Shown here: piece by piece, positions 21,266 through 29,950 of the stretch
How the letters are laid out: each line of letters opens with the position of its first letter
How positions within the stretch are numbered: position 1 is the first letter of the stretch
Assembly: GCA_009835325.1 (NCBI GenBank)
Contig: VXWP01000083.1
Location: 46,735-110,734 of the forward strand
Length of the DNA: 64,000 nt
Origin: Gemmatimonadota bacterium
GTDB taxonomy: Bacteria; JAAXHH01
Reading direction: 5' to 3'
Translations under genes and position numbers: made by a program
The notes under the pieces: model-generated
Told to the model about the DNA's origin: nothing
Seen by the model: the letters and a program-made list of their open reading frames with translations, nothing else
Databases searched by the model: none

Positions 21266-21302
21266 CGGCCGGGTGTGGACCTGGGAACATGAGAGGCGTA
21301 CA

Positions 21303-22277
21303 ATGGGTTTTACAAAGGCAGAAACCACGCAGTTCGATACGCGGGGATACGTGGTCAAAGCCGGGTTGCTGTCTGAAGTCGTTTTGCGGCCGTTGATCCT
21401 CGCCCTGAGTGACATCGTGGACGAAGGCGCGCGCCGGCTGCACGGCGAGGGAAAACTGGCCAGTGCCTACGAGGAAGAGGGGTTCGAGACCCGGTTGGCG
21501 CAGATTTACAAGGAGTCCGAAGAAGCCGGCGAGGCCGTCCTGGCGATGATCATGGGCCGGGGTGGTGGACAGTTCAACGGCGAGTCGATGCTGGAGTTGT
21601 TGCGGAATACGGAATTGGTAGACTGTGTTTCAGATCTTATCGGACCGGACATCGTGGGCGCCTCCGCCTATCGTATCCGTCCGAAGCTCCCGGGGCATAC
21701 ACGGACGGAAGTACCGTGGCACCAGGACTCCGGTTACTTCCTGCCCCATTGCGACCGTCACCTGATCGTGACCTGCTGGATCCCGCTGGTCGACACGACG
21801 GTGGAAAACGGCTGCCTGAACGTGATTCCCGGAGTCCACAAGGGTGGCGTGTTCCGGCATTACACCGGCGGGCACGGCGGCTACCTGGAGATCCCCGGGG
21901 ACGAATTGCCGGAGAACCAGCCCATTCCCCTGGAGATGAAACGGGGCGACGTCCTGTTCATGACCAATCTGACCCCCCACGCCTCCTTCGTAAACCATAC
22001 CGGGATCGTTCGCTGGAGTATCGACTTGCGGTATCAGTCCATGGACGCGCCGAACAACTCGGAGGAGGATCCGGAGACCTACACGCCGGAACGGGATCCG
22101 GTCACCATGGCCTGCTATCCGAGCGAGGCCGACTTCGTGATCCGGGATTCGAGTCATCCCGAGCGGGAGGTCACGACGCCGGAAGCCTTCAGGGAACTGC
22201 GCGACCGCTACCACGAGGCGAAGCCCTATAACCCGGGCAGGGGCTGGACCCGTCTCAAGGACAGGAAAGAGGCATGA
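21303..22277 (+). CDS. Phytanoyl-CoA dioxygenase (PhyH) family Fe(II)/2-oxoglutarate-dependent oxygenase
   Basis: PhyH-like facial triad region (WHQDSGYF ... GDVLFMTNLTPHAS). 37 nt after the ptsI stop. Confidence 0.65.
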   Translation: MGFTKAETTQFDTRGYVVKAGLLSEVVLRPLILALSDIVDEGARRLHGEGKLASAYEEEGFETRLAQIYKESEEAGEAVLAMIMGRGGGQFNGESMLELLRNTELVDCVSDLIGPDIVGASAYRIRPKLPGHTRTEVPWHQDSGYFLPHCDRHLIVTCWIPLVDTTVENGCLNVIPGVHKGGVFRHYTGGHGGYLEIPGDELPENQPIPLEMKRGDVLFMTNLTPHASFVNHTGIVRWSIDLRYQSMDAPNNSEEDPETYTPERDPVTMACYPSEADFVIRDSSHPEREVTTPEAFRELRDRYHEAKPYNPGRGWTRLKDRKEA

Positions 22278-22990
22278 ACCCCACAATCACCCGATACATG
22301 CGTGCACCGTACAGTGCGCCCAACGGCCTGCAGGTCACCGATGAAGGCCTGTGGGTCGTCGATCAATTCACCGATCGCATCGCGCTCCTCGCCCTGGAAG
22401 CGCCCCATGAGTACGGTGCCAGCAGGATACTGCGCGAGCTGCCGACGGAGTCCTCCAACACGAGCGGGATGTCGTATGGCGAAGGTGGGCTGTGGCTGGC
22501 CGCGAACGGCCCGGGCGAACGGTGGCGTTTCTCGAAGGAGACCGACGCGCCGCCCGGGACGGGCGAGATCCTCAAGGTCGACCCGCGTACCGGCGCTACC
22601 CTGCTGCGCCGGCCGCTTCCAGCCCCCGGCGGCACCCATGGCCTGGACTACGATTTCGTGGAAACCGGCACGATCTGGTTGAGCACGCTAAAGGAGAAGA
22701 CGCTCACGCAGGTCCGTATCCCGGACTGGTCGATAAAGCGCGTCATTCCGCTGCCCTACGACGCCGGCCACGGCGTCGTGAGGACCGGTGATAACGCCCT
22801 GTGGATGGTGTTCAAGGTGGACCGCGTCATCGCGAAGATGGACGTCGAGACCGGAGACGTGCGCGACGAGATCCACATCGGACCGGAACATCCGGAACCG
22901 CACGGCCTGGCGCGTTGCGGAAACGACCTGCTGTACTGCGATGCGATGACGGGCTGGATCGCCCGGATCGAAGGCGTTTTCGACGGATAG
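22274..22990 (+). CDS. Beta-propeller repeat protein (glutamine-cyclotransferase-like or Vgb-like fold), function unknown
   Basis: Five repeats of a G-L-x-x-D-G-x-L-W-like motif (NGLQVTDEGLWVV, GEGGLWLA, GTIWLST, DNALWMV, NDLLYCD). Overlaps the PhyH stop (ATGA). Confidence 0.35.
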   Translation: MNPTITRYMRAPYSAPNGLQVTDEGLWVVDQFTDRIALLALEAPHEYGASRILRELPTESSNTSGMSYGEGGLWLAANGPGERWRFSKETDAPPGTGEILKVDPRTGATLLRRPLPAPGGTHGLDYDFVETGTIWLSTLKEKTLTQVRIPDWSIKRVIPLPYDAGHGVVRTGDNALWMVFKVDRVIAKMDVETGDVRDEIHIGPEHPEPHGLARCGNDLLYCDAMTGWIARIEGVFDG

Positions 22991-23037
22991 CGGCAGCGTC
23001 CTGCCGCCTCATCGCCCTGCCGCCCCACCCCATGGCC

Positions 23038-24156
23038 CTACCCCATGGCGCCCGAGTAGTAGATCTTCTCTCCCAGGTCCGTCCATCCGGTGACCGTGTT
23101 CCGGAAAGCAGTGAAGGACTCGTACACCCGCCTGCTGTCTTCGTCCGTTTCGACGAGCTGGGCGATGACTTCTTCCGAGTATCCCTTGAGGGTCGTGAGC
23201 ACGGTATCCGGAAAGCGCCTGAGCTGTACCCCTTCTTCGTTGACCAGCTTCTGAAGGTATTCGTTATTCCTGGCGTCGAATTCGGACAGCACCCAGTGCG
23301 TCGACCGCGCCGCCGCGGTCCGGATCACCGTCTGCAGATAGGCCGGAAGTTCCTCGAAAGCACTCTTGTTGACCATGAGTTCCGTCACGGTGCCCGGCTC
23401 ATGCCACCCCGGATAGTAGTAGTACTGGGCCGCCCGGTAGAAGCCCATGAGGTAGTCGTGGTACGGGCCGATCCATTCGGTGGCGTCGATGACCCCGCGT
23501 TCGAGGTTGGTATAGATCTCGCCGACGGGGGACAGAATGGCCGAACCGCCCGCCCGCTTGATCACGTCACCGCCCAGGCCCGGTATCCGCATCTTCAGTC
23601 CCTGGAGGTCGTCGGCGGTGTTGATTTCCTTCCTGAACCAGCCTCCCATCTGGAAGCCGGTATTGCCCGCGGGCATGGGGATCAGGTTGAATGGGGCGTA
23701 GATTTCCTCCCATAACTCCAGTCCGCCGCCGCTGTAGAGCCAGGCGGTGACCTGTTGCGCGTTCATCCCGAAGGGTACCGACGAAAAGAACTGGGTGGCA
23801 GGCGCTTTCCCCGCCCAGTAGTACGCGGCGCCGTGTCCCATTTCCGCCACACCCTGGCTGACCGCTTCGAATCCCTCGAGGGCCGGAATCAACTCGCCGC
23901 CCGCATACACCGTGATCTTCATCCTCCCCTCGGACATTTCCTCCACCCATTGGGAAAGGAGTCGCGCACTCTCCTGCAATATGGGCAGGTTCGGCGTCCA
24001 GGTGGTGACCATCTTCCACTCATAGGTCCTGTCCGTACGGATAGCGGGACCGCTGCTTTCCTGCCCGGATCCGCAACCAGCCATCAGTGCGGCCCCACCG
24101 GCCAATCCGGCCGTGGATGCCGTCTTCAGAAACTCGCGCCGTTTGATCTGGTCCAT
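23038..24156 (-). CDS. TRAP-transporter DctP-family solute-binding protein, Tat signal and lipobox-like; no DctQM adjacent
   Basis: N-terminus MDQIKRREFLKTASTAGLAGGAALMAGCGS (twin-arginine plus LMAGC) and DctP-family body. Length 372 aa. Confidence 0.6.
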   Translation of the reverse strand: MDQIKRREFLKTASTAGLAGGAALMAGCGSGQESSGPAIRTDRTYEWKMVTTWTPNLPILQESARLLSQWVEEMSEGRMKITVYAGGELIPALEGFEAVSQGVAEMGHGAAYYWAGKAPATQFFSSVPFGMNAQQVTAWLYSGGGLELWEEIYAPFNLIPMPAGNTGFQMGGWFRKEINTADDLQGLKMRIPGLGGDVIKRAGGSAILSPVGEIYTNLERGVIDATEWIGPYHDYLMGFYRAAQYYYYPGWHEPGTVTELMVNKSAFEELPAYLQTVIRTAAARSTHWVLSEFDARNNEYLQKLVNEEGVQLRRFPDTVLTTLKGYSEEVIAQLVETDEDSRRVYESFTAFRNTVTGWTDLGEKIYYSGAMG

Positions 24157-24250
24157 CCTCTTCCTCCATGAATCGGGTTAGTCCCGCGTTTGGTTCTTAT
24201 AAGTCGTCCCGCGTCCTGCGGCCGACCGGAAGCAGCCCTCCGGCCGAACC

Positions 24251-25198
24251 CTACATCGTATCGGCAAACAGGCTGCTCACCGATTCTCCGTTGTGGATCC
24301 TTCGAATCGTCTCCGCCAGGAGCGAAGCGACGGAAAGGATGACCATGTGGGGAAGTCGCTTGTCTTCACCGATGGGTACCGTGTTCGTCGTGACGATTTC
24401 GTCGATCCGGTCACTCTGTCTGAACCGCTCGATGGCCCCGCCGCTGAATACCCCGTGCGTACAAACGACGGAAATCCGCTGTACGTTGCGTTCTTCCAAC
24501 AGCTGGATCAGTTCGAAGATACTGCCGCCGGTTGCGATCTCATCGTCCATGATGATCGCATTCTTGCCGGAAACGTCCCCCACGATCATGTCGATTACGA
24601 CCTTTTCATCCGAGATGCGGCGCTTGTTGCCCGCCGCCACCGGCAGCATCAACTGCCGCGCGAAATGGGCCGCATTCTTCGCGTTGCCCAGGTCCGGAGA
24701 AACCACGACCGTGTTGCTCAGATCCCGCTGCTGGAAGTGCTGCGCCAGTACCTTGATCGCGTTCAGGTGATCTACCGGGATACTGAAAAACCCGTGAACC
24801 TGCGGTTGGTGCATTTGCAGGGTGAGTATGCGATTGGCGCCGGCCGTTCCCAGCAGATCGGCGACCAGGCGACCGGCGATGGATATGCGGGGAGCATCCT
24901 TCTTGTCGGATCTCGAGTAGGAGTAATAGGGTAGCACGGCGGTGGTGCGCGCCGCCGACGCCCCGCGGGCGGCATCCAGCATCAACAACAGTTCAACCAG
25001 GTTCTCCTGCACCGGAGGACCCAGCGGTTGGATGATGTAGACATCGCCTTCCCGGCAGTTCGCATTCAACTGGACCTGGAGGCAGTCGTTGCTGAATCGC
25101 GTCAGGGTACTGGCTCTCAGCGGTACGTTCAGATAGTGGCAGACCTCTTCCGACAGCGCGGGATGGGAAGAGCCGCTGAATACCACGATACTGTTCAT
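24251..25198 (-). CDS. prs: Ribose-phosphate pyrophosphokinase (PRPP synthetase)
   Basis: MNSIVVFSGSSHPALSEEVCHYLNVPL..., PRPP-binding loop (MDDEIATGGSI). Start taken at MNSIVVF. Confidence 0.85.
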   Translation of the reverse strand: MNSIVVFSGSSHPALSEEVCHYLNVPLRASTLTRFSNDCLQVQLNANCREGDVYIIQPLGPPVQENLVELLLMLDAARGASAARTTAVLPYYSYSRSDKKDAPRISIAGRLVADLLGTAGANRILTLQMHQPQVHGFFSIPVDHLNAIKVLAQHFQQRDLSNTVVVSPDLGNAKNAAHFARQLMLPVAAGNKRRISDEKVVIDMIVGDVSGKNAIIMDDEIATGGSIFELIQLLEERNVQRISVVCTHGVFSGGAIERFRQSDRIDEIVTTNTVPIGEDKRLPHMVILSVASLLAETIRRIHNGESVSSLFADTM

Positions 25199-25337
25199 GT
25201 ATCCGTCTCTGTACGCGCGACCCGATTCAAACTCCGGGCGGCCTGGAGCGATGCTGCTTGAAGCCACCGTAAATCAAGGGAAACCAGGCCCCCATGTCAA
25301 GTACAATATCCGGCTGTTCGCGGCGAAATCCGGCCGT

Positions 25338-26846
25338 TCATGGCGAAGCGGCGATCACGACCAGATGCTTGGAAGCCGTCAGCCTGTCGAGTGTGGGCAG
25401 CATCTGTTCTATGTATAGTATGTACGGGCCGGCAGGCAGCCCGCGTCCGTGCTGATCCGTTCCGTCCCAGGTAAAGACATGACGGCTGGCTACCGTCGCT
25501 TGATCGATGAGCGTTGTGAGAAACCGTCCATGGATATCGAATACCATGGCGTGTAGAATTCCGTGGGATGCGGGCAGGTCGACTGTCACCAGGCAGACGT
25601 CTTCGTAGTTGTCGCCATCAGGTGAGAACGGATTGTTGCTGAAATGCACGGAAACGCCGTCCGGAATGCGGGATACATAGAGTGCGTTTCGCCGGCCCGG
25701 GGTACCGCCGCCCGCGTCGGCGGACGGTCCCCAGACGGGCGGATCGAAGTCCGGGTTCACCAGTTCCACGGAACGGCCTGGGTCGGGATTCGAGGCCTCG
25801 TCGTATTCCGCGTCATGGACGGGTGTTCCCAGCGCGTCCAGTAGCCATATCGTCGCACCGCTGTTCCGCAGCCTTTCCCAGCCGCCCATTGCCTCCACCA
25901 CGGTACCGCCGAAGCCGGGGTGCGTTTCCCGGAACAGGGCGGCGTCATGGGCAATGACGACATAGCCATGGCCTTCGATCGTCAGTCGGTCCGTGGAAAT
26001 GAGGCGCACCCGTTCCACGTGATCCAGCCTCAACGCGCTGCCGGCAAGATCGACCGCACCGCTCCCCCTGTTGTACAGTTCGATCCATTCGGTCCGGTTC
26101 GGACCGGGGTTGAACATAATTTCATTGATGACCACGTTTTCCATTGAACTCCCGGTGTCTTGTGGCGCCATGGGTTCCAAAGGTTCGGCGGGTTCTTCCG
26201 GTTCCTCCGGCACTTCCGGTTCCTCCGGCTCCACCGGCCCGGACGTGGGAGGAAGGTCGCTCGCCGTGCTGTTTCGGAACCCCGGAGTGGATCCACCGTG
26301 ATGTGTGGACGGCATACGGTTGGACTCGTCCACCGGCAGGTCGAATCGCGGCCGCTCCCACGAGATGCCGTTACCGCCCGCCGACTCGGTCCATGCGAAC
26401 TGGTCGATCGTAATCTCGTCTCTTTTGATGAAGACCAGGTCTCCGCTGTTCCCGAGCCCGTTGCCCAGTGTCCGGTCTCCCTTGATGGTCAGCATCAGTA
26501 GACGACCGGGATCGCCCGCCGCGGCAATTCGCTCGTTGTATTCGCCTTCGTAGTCCGGATCTACGACCAGCGCGTATGCGCCCGGTGCCAGCACCGTACC
26601 CGCCAGGCCGAAGTCATGGGGGCCGGTGAAGTCCGTAATCGTGTCGTTCACATCCCGCGAATCGCCGAGCGGCCAGCCTTCGAGATCCACCGGTCCGTCC
26701 CCCGCGTTATAGAGTTCGACGAACTCTCCTTTGGATTCCGAGTGGGGATCGGCCAGTACCTCCGAAATGACGATTCCCGAGCCCGCGGCCTTCCCCGCGA
26801 AACCGAGGCATAGCACGGTGATGGCGAAATGGTATATTCGCGTCAT
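25338..26846 (-). CDS. Secreted protein with two lamin-tail-domain (LTD)-like modules, an acidic Pro/Glu linker and a C-terminal FlgD-Ig/T9SS-sorting-like domain
   Basis: Signal peptide. LTD-like VISEVLADPHS...EFVELYN and VVINEIMFNPG...EWIELYN. Linker EPEEPEVPEEPEEPAEPLEP. C-terminal NPFSPDGDNYED motif. Confidence 0.5.
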   Translation of the reverse strand: MTRIYHFAITVLCLGFAGKAAGSGIVISEVLADPHSESKGEFVELYNAGDGPVDLEGWPLGDSRDVNDTITDFTGPHDFGLAGTVLAPGAYALVVDPDYEGEYNERIAAAGDPGRLLMLTIKGDRTLGNGLGNSGDLVFIKRDEITIDQFAWTESAGGNGISWERPRFDLPVDESNRMPSTHHGGSTPGFRNSTASDLPPTSGPVEPEEPEVPEEPEEPAEPLEPMAPQDTGSSMENVVINEIMFNPGPNRTEWIELYNRGSGAVDLAGSALRLDHVERVRLISTDRLTIEGHGYVVIAHDAALFRETHPGFGGTVVEAMGGWERLRNSGATIWLLDALGTPVHDAEYDEASNPDPGRSVELVNPDFDPPVWGPSADAGGGTPGRRNALYVSRIPDGVSVHFSNNPFSPDGDNYEDVCLVTVDLPASHGILHAMVFDIHGRFLTTLIDQATVASRHVFTWDGTDQHGRGLPAGPYILYIEQMLPTLDRLTASKHLVVIAASP

Positions 26847-26946
26847 GATATGGAACTCCTTTTGATGATGGTGATTCGGATGATTTGACCCTCGATGCCC
26901 GCCTGTTCAAATCAGTCGGAGCCCTATCATGGATCTCGTTTTTGTG

Positions 26947-26976
26947 TTGACACCGCAGGAAGCCCTTGCGTTAAAT
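26947..26976 (+). promoter_or_regulatory. Promoter candidate TTGACA-18-TTAAAT upstream of gcvT
   Basis: Hexamers at 26947-26952 and 26971-26976, about 40 nt before the gcvT ATG. No glycine-riboswitch aptamer was recognised. Confidence 0.3.
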
Positions 26977-27016
26977 GCGATGGGTGAAAATCGGGATCAC
27001 GCAGGGGGAGCGTTGC

Positions 27017-28114
27017 ATGGCGGAACTCCGAAAAACCGCGCTATATGACCGCCACCTGGCGCTGGGCGCGAAGTTGGTGCCGTTCAGCGGCTGGGAGATG
27101 CCGGTTCAGTACGAGGGGATTCTGGCTGAACACCACGCGGTCCGTACGGCGGCCGGTCTCTTCGATGTCTCCCACATGGGCCGCGTCGAGATATCCGGAC
27201 CGGATGCCGTCGCCTTCGCAAACCACGTCACGGTGAATGACGTCGAACGGCTTAAGCCCTATCGGTCCCAGTATACCCTGGCCTGCCGGACCGACGGCGG
27301 TGTCATCGATGACTTCCTGGTATATCGAATGCCGGACCGGTTGCTGGTCGTTCCCAACGCGGGCAACCGGGAAAAGGACCTGGACTGGTTCCGCAGCCAT
27401 GCCGTCGCATATAACGTCGAAATCCGGGACCTGAGCCAGGAGAGCATGCTCATTGCGTTGCAGGGACCCCGCAGCGAGCAGATACTCGATCCGCTGGCGG
27501 AGGCCGAACTGGATTCGCTCATGTTTCAGGGATTTGTCGAAACGCGCGTCGGGGGCATTGATGCCCGCGTCTTTCGTACCGGATACACGGGCGAGGACGG
27601 CTTCGAGATCTGGTATCCGGCGGAGCATGCGGCCGAGCTATGGGACCTCCTGCTGGAATCCGGTACTTCAGGGGGCCTGAAGCCGTGCGGACTCGGGGCA
27701 AGAGACACCCTGCGCCTGGAAGCCGGACTCGCGCTCTACGGGCACGAGATCGACGAATCAATCAATCCCATCGAAGCCGGCCTGGGATGGACGGTCAAGC
27801 TGAAGAAACCGGACTTCATCGGCCGGGACGCCCTGCTGGGGGTCCGGCGTGAAGGCGTGAAGCGGAAGCTGGTCGGACTGAAGTTGCTGGAACGGGGGAT
27901 ACCCCGGCAAGGCTATGAGATCCTCCACGACCAGGTCCCGGTCGGCCGGGTCGTCAGCGGAGCGATTTCACCCACGCTGGGGCTGGGGATCGGCACAGGT
28001 TTCGTGCCCGCTGAACTGGCGGAACCCGGAACGGACCTGGCGATCGGCATCCGAGGCAGGCACATCACCGCCGAAGTGGTGAAGCTTCCCTTTTATGCCG
28101 GGAGCCGGAAGTAG
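27017..28114 (+). CDS. gcvT: Glycine cleavage system T protein (aminomethyltransferase)
   Basis: MAELRKTALYDRHLALGAKLVPFSGWEMPVQYEGILAEHHAVRTAAGLFDVSHMGR is canonical GcvT. Length 365 aa. Confidence 0.9.
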   Translation: MAELRKTALYDRHLALGAKLVPFSGWEMPVQYEGILAEHHAVRTAAGLFDVSHMGRVEISGPDAVAFANHVTVNDVERLKPYRSQYTLACRTDGGVIDDFLVYRMPDRLLVVPNAGNREKDLDWFRSHAVAYNVEIRDLSQESMLIALQGPRSEQILDPLAEAELDSLMFQGFVETRVGGIDARVFRTGYTGEDGFEIWYPAEHAAELWDLLLESGTSGGLKPCGLGARDTLRLEAGLALYGHEIDESINPIEAGLGWTVKLKKPDFIGRDALLGVRREGVKRKLVGLKLLERGIPRQGYEILHDQVPVGRVVSGAISPTLGLGIGTGFVPAELAEPGTDLAIGIRGRHITAEVVKLPFYAGSRK

Positions 28115-28138
28115 GCCGGCCGGACTTTCCTGTCCACG

Positions 28139-29098
28139 CTACACGTTTTCCCGCAGGAAGGCCCTTACCTCATCCGCCCCGGGCAGGCCTTCCGAGGCGC
28201 CGGGTGTGCCGATCTTGATGGCCGCCGCGGCGTTGGCGAAAGCCGCCATTTCCTCCAGGTTCTCCTTCAACAGAAAACTGTACAACAGTCCGCTCGCAAA
28301 CGCGTCGCCCGCGCCGACCGTGGACCCGGTCCGGACGTGAAAGGCGGGCTGCTCGACCATGCGGTCTTTGGAGGCCGCCAGGCAACCCCGGCCACCCAGC
28401 GTCACCGACACGATGCCGACGCCCGCCTCCAGCAGGTCGGCGGCGGCGCCAAAGGGATCCTGCCGGCCCGTGAGCTGTTCTGCTTCCTCCTGGTTGGGCA
28501 GGATGATGTCCGTATACTTCACGGCCTCGTGTACGTGAGATTCCAAGGCGGGATTGAGCCAGTACTTTCCCGGATCGAGGGCAACCGTAACGCCGGCGTC
28601 TCGGGCCGTGGCCATCGCGTCGAGGATGGCCGCGCAGGTCGATTTGTCTTCGGTCAGCACATGGCCGGTGACGTATAGGATACGCGCCGACCGAACGAAG
28701 TCGCCGGTCAGACAGTGGGAAGGAATGGTCCTGGACCCCGGGCACACGTAAAAGGTGTATTCGCCGTCCGGCGTTTCGAACATGCAGGCCAGCGAAGTCG
28801 CCCGTCCCTCCATGACGTGGAGATGGGACGTGTCTACCCCGGCAGCCCGCATGCCCTCCGCGAATTGGGAACCGGGTGCGTCGTCTCCGATCGCCCCGAC
28901 GAAAGCAGCGCGCACGCCCAACCGTGCCATGCCCATGGCCACGTTCGCGGCCGCCCCGCCCGGTCCGACGCGACAGGTATCACCGACCACGCCGGATCCC
29001 CGCACGCCTTCATGGCGACGGTCCGGATGGCGCGGAACACGCATCCACACGTCGAGGTTGCCGTCTCCCACGGACAACAAGTCCAGCACACGATTCAT
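28139..29098 (-). CDS. PfkB-family carbohydrate kinase (2-keto-3-deoxy-sugar-acid kinase / ribokinase-like)
   Basis: PfkB signatures (GGAAANVAMGMARLG ... GAGDAFASG). Length 319 aa. Confidence 0.7.
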   Translation of the reverse strand: MNRVLDLLSVGDGNLDVWMRVPRHPDRRHEGVRGSGVVGDTCRVGPGGAAANVAMGMARLGVRAAFVGAIGDDAPGSQFAEGMRAAGVDTSHLHVMEGRATSLACMFETPDGEYTFYVCPGSRTIPSHCLTGDFVRSARILYVTGHVLTEDKSTCAAILDAMATARDAGVTVALDPGKYWLNPALESHVHEAVKYTDIILPNQEEAEQLTGRQDPFGAAADLLEAGVGIVSVTLGGRGCLAASKDRMVEQPAFHVRTGSTVGAGDAFASGLLYSFLLKENLEEMAAFANAAAAIKIGTPGASEGLPGADEVRAFLRENV

Positions 29099-29188
29099 CG
29101 AACGGCCCCGAGACCCGGCCAGCGGGAACGACGTGCATCTTCGACGTGACGGCTCTTCCGTCTGGTCAAGGCCCTGCCCTTCCCGTCG

Positions 29189-29935
29189 TTACGAGAGAAT
29201 GTCCGAACTGTGCACGGTGGGACACCAGTGCTTCTCGATGAAAGAGACCACCAGGCGGGTGCCCTCATCATGGCTGACGTAGGGCGGCATGGCGGGATTG
29301 TACATGGCGTCGGTGAGATCGCGGACCAGCGCCACGGGAACGCCCCAGCGGACCATCTGCTTTATGCCGAAGGTCCGGTGCAGGATGCACATGTTGGTGT
29401 GCACGCCCATCATCAGCATATTGCGGATCCCGTAGTGCCTGAAACACGCATAGATCTGTGCACCGCTGTCGGACATCAGGTCCCGTTCCTGGTCGATGAC
29501 GATGTCCGGATGCTGCCGGGACCAGGCGCTGAAAGTCTCTGTTTCGCCGGTATCCGCGCCTTCGTCGGATGCATCCACGGGGAGCGGGGGATCCGGGAGA
29601 TCGAGATCCGGAGGGGGGTCCACGGACGGCACGGACTCGGCTCTTTTTAGCGCGGGCGTATCCCGGTAGAAATCCAGGGTATCGGACGGAGCGTGTACGA
29701 TCAGGACGCCGCGGGACCGGCAGGCGGTCGCGACCTCGTTCATCCGGGGGGTCAACGCGTTCAGCCGCTCGACCGCGCCGCGGCACCAGTGGGAATCCCA
29801 TATGTCGCATAGCACAAGGGCAGTTCGCTCCGGTTCCCAGCGGGTATCGGTCGTGATCGTGTTCCAAACCGCAAAGCCATTGTCAAGCACCAGTTCCTGG
29901 CGGCGCAGCTTCAGGTCAAGCGAGTGGTTTGTCAT
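29189..29935 (-). CDS. Isochorismatase-family cysteine hydrolase-like protein with a Pro/Asp-rich insertion
   Basis: ALVLCDIWD and LMMGVHTNMCILHRT resemble isochorismatase-fold motifs. Central DPPPDLDLPDPPLPVD insert. Confidence 0.4.
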   Translation of the reverse strand: MTNHSLDLKLRRQELVLDNGFAVWNTITTDTRWEPERTALVLCDIWDSHWCRGAVERLNALTPRMNEVATACRSRGVLIVHAPSDTLDFYRDTPALKRAESVPSVDPPPDLDLPDPPLPVDASDEGADTGETETFSAWSRQHPDIVIDQERDLMSDSGAQIYACFRHYGIRNMLMMGVHTNMCILHRTFGIKQMVRWGVPVALVRDLTDAMYNPAMPPYVSHDEGTRLVVSFIEKHWCPTVHSSDILS

Positions 29936-29950
29936 GACAGCATTCCTTTC

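Noticed and set aside
26880-27016. Possible glycine riboswitch upstream of gcvT
   Set aside because: Only a loose resemblance (CACCGCAGGAAGCCC) to the conserved CACCGAAGGGGCAA element was seen. No tandem aptamer structure or GGAGAG motifs are present, so a plain promoter was called instead.
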